A stretch of DNA of 64,000 bases from Thalia democratica (taxonomy: Eukaryota). Positions 51,409-64,000 of this stretch are shown here, in pieces. The notes below the pieces were generated by a model. That model was not told the DNA's origin. It ran no database searches and worked only from the letters and a program-made list of their open reading frames with translations. The position numbers and the translations under genes are program-made. The stretch is taken from contig CBDBBG010000218.1 in the NCBI GenBank assembly GCA_965202585.1, positions 1 through 64,000 on the forward strand, written 5' to 3'. How positions within the stretch are numbered: position 1 is the first letter of the stretch; each line of letters starts with the position of its first letter.

Positions 51409-54400
51409 AAACTAAGAAAACAGTAGATTTGTCTTTTTTTTGATGTTAGAAAATAAATTTGAAGTATATACTATTATAGTTTAGTTTTTTATTGCAAGTA
51501 GTTTAAAGAATATTTAGTTTTAATTGCTATAAACAGTTTTATATGTTTAAGCTATCACAGTTTTACTATTAACATTTTTAAAGCTTTATATTACTTACTA
51601 TAGTAAATGTTGTTTAAAATAATGTTTTCACATAAAAAAAAAACAAAATGTTTTGATGAATATTTTATCTCAAATTACTTATTTGATATTTTGTGGAAGA
51701 CAATCTTGTATTTTTATTTACACGTTGATTCAGTTATATAATGATTTTAGAAACTTTAATAGGCTAATATTTATAGGTTAGAATTGTTTATGTACGTTTT
51801 TAACATCGTTTTATTTGTCTTAGAAAAATTAATGTTTTTACCACTGATTATAAAACATGGTTATTTGATTGAGGTGTTTTTAGTTTAAAGTACAAAAAAT
51901 ATATTTGGTACTTTAATTATTATTCTATTTACAAAAGCTAAGTTGATTTAGACTTTTTTTTGGATAAAAATTAAAAATGAATAGTAATAGATAGAGATAA
52001 AATCAAAATTACATGTTTTTGATATTATCAACTTATACACTTTTTAAAAATAATACCTATGAAGAATAGTTAGATTTTATTGTGTTTCATGTTAAATTTT
52101 CACACTTATTTTAAAGCAGTTTTATGTGTATGCTTATGTTTATGCATCTACTTGTAAGTTTTTTTGCTAGGTAAGAGAATTACAAGAATAATTTTTTTCT
52201 ACACTTTATAGTGTAGGAAGAAAACTTAACTAAAATGTATATCTAAGTAATTTATTTGAGCAACAAATGCCCTTAAAAAATTTATTTGTCAGACAGTTTA
52301 AAGTTCTTGAGCTAAGATAGATTAAATGGTTATAAGTAATTTATGGTAATTTAATTTCATAAGGATAAATTTTGTTACTTAGATGATTCAAAATGTTTAG
52401 TTAACTTAGCAAGGTAAGGTTTTAATCTGTGTTTCATATTATTGTCTACAAACATTATTTTTATTCGTTACAGTATTATCCATCGCGAAATTTAAAAAGT
52501 AAAGTTTTAAGTTGATGGTGTTTTTTTTGCTTCTCTATACAATGGTATATAGATAAGTTTAATGAAAAAGTTTATCAAAATGTTTTATCTATAAAAAGTG
52601 ATTTTAAGCAGCTTGATCAACGATATTTTAAAAAATTTTGCTCTTAAAATTGCTTAAGAAAGTTTTGGCAGTATTAAATACAAGTTATCAATAATTAAAG
52701 CTACCTGTTAAGGTGTGCTTGCCTTTGGTGAAGCGAATTATAAATGATATAATTTTAAAAATACTATAAGCCTGTTTCAAGACATTTTATTTAAGAAAAT
52801 CTGCTAACAGATTATATGGTGGTAATAATATTTGTATGACGTCATTATAGTATTTTTATGACGTCGGACTGAATAAATTTAGTAATAAAATTACAAGTCC
52901 ACTTAACATATATTCTATAAAAATTAAACATAACTTTCAATAAATGTATTATGTCAACTAGTTATGTTAATGAATATTATTGTGTTAAGTATATCAAGTA
53001 ATTTAGATGTTTGTTTTTTCATCAATGTTAGTAATCATCCAAAGACAAAGATTTGTAAATACTAAAATATTAGGTGATTATTTTACAGTTAATAATTTTA
53101 GACTACAATTAATGAAAGATTAGTTTAAATATTATAAGTAATATCAATTTTATTTTTAGAATAGCTTTGCACATTCTTAATTGTAAAAATGTCTTTCGTT
53201 TTGGTCTAAAAGTTTTTGTTTTTAAGCACTCGACTTTTAAAATTAGCTAAGTTTGAATCTGTTTATGCAAAAAAAAATATTTTTCCATATATAATAATTT
53301 GTCCTTTGAACGCTTCTTACTTTAAGTTTGTAGAAACAATACTTTTACGTGTTTTCACTTTAAAATAATCCTTGGAAAATAAAATAATGAATCCTAGTTT
53401 TGAGATAACCCGGTTTTTCAATTAAACCAATTTGGAAATAGTAAAATAAAAAGAAAGCTGCAATACACTGCTTGATGTTTTGATAAAAATGTTTAGTTAT
53501 TTTTTACGGTTTATAAATTTTTTGCGTTATTTTCACTGATTTTACGACAAAACATTGATCTTTACAACGAGCACTAGCAAGAATAGAAATAAAGTTAAAG
53601 CTTATTTAAAAAAAAAAAGAGTGAATGTTTATTAACTTAGCACGGATAGTTTTAAACAAACATACGTGTATTCTAGATAGCTATTTATTATAACTTTATG
53701 TTAATTGATGTTAGTGTTAAAAAGATATTAAGAGAAAATGTTTCGAAGAGCATAAGCTTTTTTTTTTGAAAAATTAAATTGTTTCTGTCTTAGATAATTA
53801 CCGAATACGGTCTTTTCTGTTATGTTTCTTTTTTCAAAAATATAATTTGTATCCTAACTAAGTTCTGGCCGGATCAAAATGACTCAAAAGCAAGAGTCAA
53901 TATTTTTTTGTAGAACACGACGTTATACTTCAAAAACCAATCATACTAACTAAACGACATAACTGCCTTAAATTACACAAGTCTTAAAATAAACACTTTA
54001 TTAAATACTTTTAAAACCCCTAGTTGATGCATATTTTAATAAAAAAAAACATTTTTGTTGCTAAAGAAGTTAGAAAACTAATTGATATAAAATTCAAAAT
54101 TAATTTTCAATTTGAACTTTGTTTGTTATTTCTTTTCGTACTATACCATTAGAAGCGAGTGGATGTTTTATAGCTTCACGTTGTTTCTTAACTTCAATAT
54201 ACATATTTGTCTTTTGACTTCAATACATACTATTCGAAATTTTGGTGTTTTTAACTCCCAAATTTCATTTTATCTTGTTCTAAATTTTAGTAGTTATAAG
54301 TAAATCAAATAAATTGTATTGCGTTTGTATAATTTTATCATCGTACTTAAAAGTTATATTCTAAAGTAATCGACAGTAGACGTTGAAGTTTTATGAACTT

Positions 54401-54939
54401 TATACCACTGAACATTAAACTTTTAAGTTAAAAATTTATATATGCAACAAAAGTTTAAACAAATTACACAAGGGAAAGTTGAAAAAAGTTCAAGTGAGTA
54501 TCATTAAGTTGAACTAGCATAACTGTAAGTATACTCTAATTTCAACTTTAAACTTAAATTATCGGAAATTTTAAAATTAAAGTTGATTAAAGGTAAAGTT
54601 TTAAATTTGGAACTAAAAACAGAGCTGTGCTAAAGTTTCAAGCTTTTCCAGATTGATTTTGAATCGTAAAACTATCCAACTTTAGTTTTCAAGTGCATCT
54701 AATCTGTTTTTCTCCGTACCACACTAACTTTAAATTATTCATAAACAATATTAAACATGATATTAAAGCATATAAAAAACTTTTTTGTTTAAATTATTTG
54801 AAGCAAGGAGGTTAACAATATTTTAAACCACGGTTTACGCAGCTTATTCGTATAAAACACCAGAAAATATAACTTGTTTTCTTTTTTTAATTAGACAATG
54901 AACTTTACCGCAAGATCAACAACAACAGCATCCGAGACA

Positions 54940-54984
54940 ATCCTACGACCAGTTTCGTCCTTATTAGGACTCATCAGATGACCG
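54940..54984 (-). ncRNA. Minimal type I hammerhead ribozyme motif, unit 2
   Basis: Identical to 26970-27014. Confidence 0.8.
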
Positions 54985-55209
54985 AAATAAATATTGGCTT
55001 TTTTAATTAGGAAACGGTACAAAGTTGTAGTACTGAAACATGATAGTACAGCATATTTTTGATCAAAACCCGAAAACTACTCCAAAAAAAAATAATAATG
55101 GTGAAGGAATTTTTATTTATCATATAAAAACATTATAGATTTACTTAGAATAAATACAAATACAAATATTATACATTAAACGAGTTTATTCAGTAACATC
55201 AAAGTATGT

Positions 55210-55368
55210 TTATTGGTAATCGAAGTAGAATCCCTTGGCGGTGTTGGCGCTGTCAGATCTGAACACGATGTACATCCAGTTACCGGTCGCTTCAATGTGG
55301 TACCTCTGGTTGTAGTTGTCGAAAATGTTGGCCAGTTGGGCGTCAGATTCGGTTTGTCCGTCGTACAC
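55210..55368 (-). CDS. Terminal exon of a CUB-domain protein, copy in unit 2
   Basis: Identical to 27240-27398 (offset 27970). Confidence 0.85.
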   Translation of the reverse strand: MYDGQTESDAQLANIFDNYNQRYHIEATGNWMYIVFRSDSANTAKGFYFDYQ

Positions 55369-55982
55369 CTTTGAAAACGTTTATTTGATTTTTTTAATCT
55401 CTAAAATACTTGGACGTTAAAAAAAGTAGAAAATTTTTCAAAATAGAATAAGCCATTGCTTTAGAGTTTATTTATCGTTTTTAATCTTTCCAGTTTAAAC
55501 AAATTCTTATTTAAACTCATTATAGAATCCTTTTGTGTTAATATATACTGTTTTAACTCCGAATTTATTTCCAAACACTTTTGTAAATAAGAACTTAAAA
55601 GTGTGAACTTACAACCAGCTCTCCTTTTCCGTTAACTGAGTTTTACATATTTCCTATTATATTTAATATTTTGTTGCAAAAATTTTGCTTTGTCGAGTTG
55701 CTACAAGTAATTTTTATATTAATTAAAGAAAACTAATGTAAATGCTATGCTTTAACCGTAATGAATCTGGTGTTGGTGTATTAAAATAAACTAAACTTAC
55801 AAGAGGTTAATATAAACTTTTATAATTAAAATTTTATTTTTCCACAAAATTGTATTCATTTATTGATAAAAGATATCAAAGGTCAGCTTCACAAACCTGC
55901 TAGTAGTTTGTTTATGTCAAAAATAATTTTTCAAACACTTTGTCATTTTATTTCTAATTTTAAATATTTAATAATTGTTTTG

Positions 55983-58900
55983 TTTGTTCCATGTTCAAGT
56001 GAGCTGGGTTAGGGATAACGGTATACAAAAATAAGTATACGCCAGTATATATCTTAATTTAATTAATATTTTTCGGCATTTTAAAACAATTCTGAGATTA
56101 AAGTGTTTATGAGTTACTCTTAAAATCAATACACACTTGAAAAGAAATTTGTGCATCAATTAAAAATAAGAACTACAACTAATCTAAAAAAGTTTAAAAT
56201 CAAGGAAATTATGTTGGTAAAAAGTAATGTAGCGAGGGCTCGAACTCGGGTCCCTGGGTTGAGGGGCGCGAGCACTGAACTCTACACTATTGTTCCACAC
56301 AAAATGATACGTTTTTAAGATTATATAATTTTGCATGATAATTTAATTGCATATAACTTATTTAGTTCATAATATTATTAAATTGAACCAAAACATTTTA
56401 TTCGAGTAAGCACAGTACCAGCTGTGACATATTTCTTCACACAGCTTTCCGCCTTAGCTTTATAAAACTATTGAAATATAACTTTTAAATTAGCCCCTAT
56501 AGTTAATAATAATGCCATGGTTATAAAATTTTGTTCAAATCGTTTCTTGCTCAGTGCAAATTGTAGTAATCAAGTAGTTAGTCGCTTGCCGTGTGCTGCA
56601 AGTATGACCATCTCTGTTCTATGATAAAGTTGTTAAAAATAAAACCGTCAGACTTATAGCTTAAACATAATTATAGGCTAGATATGAGGGCGAGTCCGAC
56701 CTACCCAACAAAAACATCTGGCTAGAAACGTAATAAATAGAAACGCAACTAAAGTTGAGTTTTTTATATCTTTTCAAAGAAGATGCTATTAACTTTATTT
56801 TTAGTACAAAGTTGTGCTTACTTCAATGTTCATTTAAAATTACTTTTGCTTTAAAGATTATTTTTGCTGTCGTCTTCAACAATTATCGCTTCACGCAGTA
56901 TAATATCTATATGTTTAGCCCGCCGACCAGAAAAGTTTCTACTTATATTATAGGTCAAAAAAAAAAGTATAGTTGAAGTGAAATTTAGAACAAATAAATT
57001 AAAAAAAGTACCTTGTTGCGGACCGCAACTTGTGGATTTTTCTGAACATTAGATACTAGTAACAAAGTAAAAGCACAAGGTATTGATTAATGCTTAAACG
57101 GTTAAAAGTTTAGACCTCCTAACAAATTAATGTTTTTTTTACTATTTTTAAAACTTCCATTTAAAAACAAAAATAAAGTCCATTATTTTAAAACTAACAT
57201 TTTGTGGGTATTAAATCAGATAGGTTATGTTAAATTATTTTATAATACAATTTATGTACTAAAATTTGATATGTACAACATTTCAATAACTAGAAACGAA
57301 AGTCCAAGTTGTAACTTAAGTTGTAACAAGAAATACATCTAATCATTTTTTAAACTAACCTTCAATATTTATCTTTGTCGAACACAAAACCTTATCTTTT
57401 TTTTTTCTAATTCAATAAATTTTTTAATCTTTTTCAAAAATAAAATTTATTATTGATATTAAATTCGAGTTATATATATTGTTTATTGAACGATAAGAAA
57501 AACCCTTAAAAAATTTTGGTATAAGGATGTGGTGTAGAAAAGAACCTTTCGGTTATCGAGTTGTACACCACAGTATATAAGTATTTATATTTTAAACAGT
57601 AAAACTATAAAGGAAAAGTCTTTACTTAACTATAAATAAAACTCAGTTTTAAGTTAATATCAGTGGTAGTTATGAGATAAAAAAAATAGTAAACTTCTAT
57701 ACCCCTGAAAACTTGTTGTATTTAGACATAAGTTTACCGTGAACTTTACTTTTGTTGTATACCTTTAAAAATAGATTAAGTTAATAATAAATAGATTTTT
57801 TTTTGTTCATAACTAGTTAGGAATTTGTTAACTTCTTGTTTCTTGTGGAACTTTTATGTAACTAAATGTAACACAACACACTTTATAAAAATTATCTGTA
57901 AAAAGTTATATCTTAAAAAACAGTCTTTACTGATAGTATAAAACTAATTATAAATAAAAAATACTAAATTTTGTTTTGAGTTAACTCCTTTTTGTAGTAA
58001 AGACTTGATAAAACTTGAAGTTTTATTTAGCTTATAGCCGTAGCATTTAATTTTAGTTGTGTGCATATTTAAAGTCAAAGTTAATCGTAAACTGGTACCT
58101 ATCTAGAAATATATAACATTTTATCTAAAATAGGTATTTGTATCGGTTTGTCGTAGAACTAGCAAAAAAAAACTTTTTCCTTTTAGCTATTTATGTAGTT
58201 ACAAACTATAAGTTTATTTGAAAAGATTTAGTTGTTTTTCCAAAGCTTTATTAGTTGAAGTAAGTACGGCCCTAAATTAGCAGTTGGCCCATAGTTTGCT
58301 CGCTTCTAGTCTAATTTAAAGTTTTATACTTTGCCTTGTTTTTTTTTAACAACTTTTATAACAGCTTATTTCTAACTTTTATTTTATGATGAAAAGTAAT
58401 TTTTTTTATAAACGGTTTTACCTGTTTAGAAATTAAATTTTGTTAACATTTTGTATCATTAAAAGTTTAAAGCAAAATGTTTTTCAGAAAACTTTCCTTT
58501 ATACTTAAATGTAATAAACGTTTGTTTTACTTAATATATCACCTTTACGAACTTATAGAGTAGTACATGTTAATAAAACGTAGAAAATACCTTTTGTTTA
58601 ATATACTTAATGAAAGCTTATAGTTAAAAAAAGTTAATGATAGATAAATTGACGATTTCAGCATCTAAATACTTGAATAGCATGAAAACGTTTATATGTT
58701 CTTTTTTAGTTTCAACAGTATTACGGTTTTGTATTGGTGTATTGTTTTACAACCAGAAGTTTGATGAGAAGCATAATTAAACTGTTTCAAGTTTTAAAAT
58801 GTAACACAGAACTTGTTATTTATCTTATTAAAGGTTTGTAACAATTTTATTTTAATGCCTAGGTCCAGAGTTAGACAATAAACTGACAGTAATCAAGCGT

Positions 58901-61900
58901 TGTTACTTTAAAAAATAAAAATAAAATCTATTCAACGAGTTTATTCAGTAACATCAAAGTATATTTATTGGTAATTGAAGTACCTCGGCGGTGTTGGGCG
59001 TCTGATTCGGTCTGTCCCTTTGAAAATGTTTATTTGATTGTTTTGAGAATTGAACTTGAAAATTAAAAGAAGCAGAACATTTTTCAAAATAGAATAAGCC
59101 ATTGGTTTAGAGTTTGTTTAGCGTTTTTTATCTTTCCAGTTTAAACAAATTCTTTTTTAAACTCATTATAGAATCATTTTGTGTTAATATATACTGTTTA
59201 AACTCCGAATTTATTTCCAAACACTTTAGTAGATAAGAACTTAAAAGTGTGAACTTACAACCAACTCTCCTTTTCCATTAACTGAGTTTTACATATTTCT
59301 AATTAATAATATTTTGTTGCAAAAATTTTGCTTTGTCGAGTTGCTACAAATAAATTTTTTATTAATTAAAGAAAACTAATGAAAATCTATGCTTTAACCG
59401 TAATGAATCTGGTGTTGGTGTATTAAAACAAACTAAACTTACAAGAGGTTAATATAAACTTTTATAATTAAAATTTTATTTTTCCACAAATGTATTCATT
59501 TATTGATAAAAGCTATTAAAGGTCAACTTCAAAAACCTGCTAGTAGTTTGCTTATGTCAAAAATAATTTTTCAAACACTTTGTCAATTTATTTCTAATTT
59601 TAAATATTAAATAATTTTTTCGTTTGTTCCATGTTCAAGTGAGCTGGGATAAGGGTATACAAAAATAAGTATACGCCAGTATATATCTTAATTTAATTAA
59701 TATTTTTCTGCATTTTAAAACAATTCTAAGGTAATTCGTGAGTCACTCTTAAAATCAATACACACTTGAATAGAAATTGATGCATTAATTAAAAATAAGA
59801 ACTACAACTCATCTAAGAAAGTTTAAAATCAAGGAAATTATGTTGGTAAAAAGTAATGCAGCGAGGGCTCGAACTCGGGTCTCTGGACTGAGGGGCGCGA
59901 GCATTGACCTCTACACTATTGTTCCACATGAAATTATTACGTTTTCGAGATTATATAATTTTGCATGATAATTTAATTGCATATAACTTATTTAGTTCAT
60001 AATATTATTAAATTGTTTAAAAACTTGTAGCGCTTATGCCTAAAATAAAACAAAAAGTTTGGTAACTATCAATGAGAACCAAAACATTTTATTGGAGTAA
60101 GCACAGTACTATGGATGAATCAAAAAGTAGTATATAAGTACAACATTAAACAAGCTTCGATGCTTTTTATACATTTTAAGACAGTTATCTTATTAAACGA
60201 TGTTACTTCAAGACAATATTTATTCATTAAGTTATAAGTTTATTATTAACTAGTATGATAAATTAAATGTTTAAACTTTGATAAACGTAAAGTAATTTTG
60301 TTTATATTATTACTTAAAGTAAAACTTAAGCAGATTTTTACAATTTTTTGATTGTCATGTATAACTAGCAAACTTCTTCATTTTAAAGATAGAATCTAAA
60401 CAGTTTATTGGAAAGATAAAAAATGATTTAATAGTGTCTTAGTAAAAAAAAAAGAATAAATAACATTAAAATCAAATAATTTTATTTTTACGTCATTTCG
60501 TCAATTAACAACATTTGGGTAAAAGAGTAAATTATATTTAATATTTAATAAAACGGACACTTTACAAATTTACTTACATTACAATTTTAATTTAAAGAAT
60601 AAAAGTAAATTAAACTTATAAACATTAAATTTAAATTTAAAGCTTATAAGAAATAAGGAATTGAAAATAAAATTAAAATAAACCTGATTTCTTACTTAAA
60701 CAATTGTTAAGATTCAATTGTAATTAAACTAAAATAGAGACATAATTAACTTATAGTCTACGCGAAAACAAGACTTATAGGTGTACTTAAACTTTTATAA
60801 ATAGACGATATAATTGTAATAGCAGTTACTTTAGTTATTAAATTGTGTCTTGTCATTTGCTACTTAAAGGACATATTATCGTACTAAAAACAGTATCTAA
60901 AGTCGATTACAAAAGAATAATTATAACAAGTTTGATTACAATAACTATTTAAAACTGTTGAGTCGTTAAACGTTGCTTTTATTGTCAAATAAATTCGTGT
61001 GGTTGCTTATAAATTTTAAGTAAAACAAATAACACGTAGTATGTCTAATTGAAATTAAATTAAAATAGTGACATGAGCAACTTTTAACTGACTTTTATAA
61101 ACAAACAGTCTACAAGATAATTAAATACAAAAAAAAATTTTTATTGCTATTTATGAGACTTAGTATTAAATACAATAAAATAGTTTAACTACTTGAATTA
61201 CAATAGATACTGACATACTAAACTACAATGCAAAACTGCTGTGTTACTTATAGAATAATACCAAGGTTGTCTACTATAAAAATGCATCATTCATAGTACA
61301 ACACCAAGGATATATACTATAAAACATCAAGCTTTACTTTTAGTTTAAACCTAACTTTAAAAATAAAATTCTGCTTAGTTTTGGGCTGTTAATAGAATTA
61401 AATACGAAACAGCATTAACTCTCAATAACAAACGCTATTAGTTCAGGTTGAACAAAAATTAAAATAACTTGACAGACATAAGAAATTATAAGCTATCTAA
61501 CAATACGATTTATCTAACTTATCTAACAATAATTTCGTTTAGATTGAAACATATATTTTAGTTAATCCAAAAGTTTTATTTACTTATAAATAAATAACTA
61601 TCCTACCTTTATTTTCCAAAACATACAAAATACACTTAAAATATAAATATATATAATTATATTCAGTCTTTACTTATTCGGCAAGAAATATAACTAAATA
61701 GACAAACAAAAAAGCATAATATAACAACAAAATAGACTTATACACAAATAACATTAATTAAAAAGAACACATAGATTTATTTTTAAGTAAACCTTGAAAT
61801 AGTTTTACTGAAACAACAAAAAACAATGAAGTGTTAACTAAAAATATAAAGCTGGACCTAACTTTAGTTTATTAAAATAGAATTAACTTACGAAATAAGA

Positions 61901-64000
61901 AATTTGAAGCATAATAACAAATTAGACTTATAAATAAACATTAGGACAATTTCATAAGAAACCATACAAACATGTTTTTACAATTTAAAAAAGTTCTACA
62001 GCAACATCAATGAACTATTTACTAAAATATGATGTAATTTTGTTAAAAGGAAAGAAATAAATCATTAGTAAAATACACATTTGAACTAATTCCGAGTTTT
62101 GTTGAACTTTAACAAATACTTGTCCAATTAAAAACGATCCCATAACATTAGAAAAAACTACATTGAATACAATGAATGCTACAACGAAGTAGTTACATTT
62201 GGAAAACTCACAAACATATGAAAAGAGAATTAATTTGCCTAATTCCATTGAGTTTTATGTTGGTGATAAGCAGAAGTATAAATGATCAGAATCTTTAAGA
62301 AAAGATGGGCAATAAATCATAACATAGTATTTAGTTAACTGTTTTAGTTATTGAAACATGTATGAAATATTGAGGCATTGTTAAACCAAACAGTTTAGAT
62401 TTCATAAGACTCTAAATGTAGTACCTATTTTCAATGTTTTTCAACTTTATTGAAAAATTTTTTAAAAATACAACTTAGACAAGACCATTATGTATGAAAT
62501 ACAAAACAATATGGAGTTACCAAAATTACTGTAAACAATAACTAAACGAGACCCCAAAATTAAAATGGTTTTTGAACTGGCCTTGATTATAATAAAAACA
62601 TAAGTTAATTTTAAGTTTTTGAATTTAGAGAAACATATAATGTTTGGCGTTAAAGACCTAATAAGTTTTACAGGACTTTAATAAGCTTTTATATAGAAAG
62701 TATATTCGAGCTGTAATTATTATCTGTAAGTTAAAGTTAAATGTTGTTTTTAGAATAAATCTGGAATTAGTAATATAAACCAGCGCGACAAGATAATAGT
62801 TCATAATAAAATACTAAGAGCAAATTTTAATTTAAAAATCAGTATGTTCTGAAAATAATAGGAGAATAAAACAAAATATATAGATGTATATATTAGAATG
62901 ATTAAAGAGAAACCATAGTTAAAGAAAACTTTAGTTAACATCACAGTAAAACGAACGGAAGAATTTTATACCAGCTAAAAATACGAAATTGGATCTAATT
63001 TTAGTCTTGTTGAGAATAAGTATATTTATTCACGAATACGACATAAATCATAGTTCAAAGCTCTATGCTAAACCAATATTTTTTTAAATTGAAATGATTG
63101 AATAACGTAAATTTCGACAAAAGTAGGACAAATTTACGAACCAGAGTTGCCATAATACCATTATCAATTGAACGTTATACGCTTATTAAAATTTGGTTCA
63201 TTTAAAACTAAAATCTCTAGTGAATAATTTGTAAGGTAAGCAAGTATGTTGCAGACATTTTAAAACTAGATTTAGCGATTCAGTTGAATTTTATATGGTA
63301 ATAAACATACTTTTTTAGTAAAACTAGATGTAGAGTAAATAGTCTAAGTAGATAAGGTAGTTACAAGCAGGATTATTTGTAGTTATGAAGTGAAATTAAA
63401 GGAAATTAGTATTAAATCCGTAAACAACTGCTTCACTTAAATTAAGTAAAAACACATCATAGATTTCTAATAACCTAACGTTTAATTGCATCCAAAATCA
63501 AACCAACCAAGTAGTTCTACAGATGATTAATAATTAACAAAAATAAGTGTAATAATTAACATACGAATAACAATGCAATAACTAAGAAAATACTAAAACT
63601 TGAATGATAAAACATTAATAAAAGCTCTTCATCAATACATCTTGACACTTTAAAGCATATGTTAATGTAGAGAAAACTACCACACTTAATGAGACTATAT
63701 GATGACGTAATAATAGTGTGTAATAAGACCAAATAAATTTCAACTAAAACACCTAAACTATATGGATAAAAAAAGATATTTCGTTACTTTAATAATGCAT
63801 ACAATTTTATGTGGACAAACAAAGACGTTTATTATGAGAAATTTGAACTTGATTGAAAATTATTGTGCAAAATTACTTGCACTTAAAAGAACTAAAACTA
63901 TTTACAAATATTATTAACTAAAGAGAACCCGTGGAAAAGTTTCCAAATAACCTTGGTATTTAAATTGCAAAGTTATTTTACAGTAACATGAACAAAACAA
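55983..64000 (+). repeat. ~28-kb tandem repeat unit, copy 3 (partial, cut by window end)
   Basis: Matches 1-8018 at offset 55982 and retains the 45-bp segment (60598-60642). Confidence 0.99.
58965..59017 (-). pseudogene. Deleted CUB exon paralog, unit 3
   Basis: Identical to 2983-3035. Confidence 0.8.

Larger units (their letters stand above)
28013..55982 (+). repeat. ~28-kb tandem repeat unit, copy 2 (27970 bp)
   Basis: Colinear with copy 1. Lacks 45 bp after 32627, has a SNP at 38469 and a divergent patch at ~45341-46961. Confidence 0.99.

Noticed and set aside
1-64000. CRISPR array, rRNA genes or intact transposase/RT ORFs
   Set aside because: No regularly spaced short repeats with unique spacers, no rRNA-like GC-rich blocks and no long ORFs with DDE or RT motifs.

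Overview
Very AT-rich eukaryotic DNA with GC- and purine-rich exons; the organism cannot be identified from sequence alone. The window is about 2.3 copies of a near-identical ~28-kb head-to-tail tandem unit (1-28012, 28013-55982, 55983-64000 partial). Each full unit holds: (i) a 13-exon, 630-codon UTP14 gene (+) whose ATG exon I could not place; (ii) the 3' end of a CUB-domain gene (-), with candidate microexons and an older, internally deleted duplicate; (iii) a minimal hammerhead-ribozyme core ~230 nt past the CUB stop; (iv) two TTAA-flanked MITEs and a hAT-like MITE; (v) tRNA-like Pol III elements; (vi) a 105-nt hairpin with a GCGAAGC tip beside a CpG-rich putative promoter; (vii) ~6 kb of cryptic, highly diverged repeats. 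By eye, units 1 and 2 are identical except a 45-bp indel, one isolated SNP and a ~1.6-kb patch of ~2% divergence. Most ORF-track entries are spurious or exon fragments.
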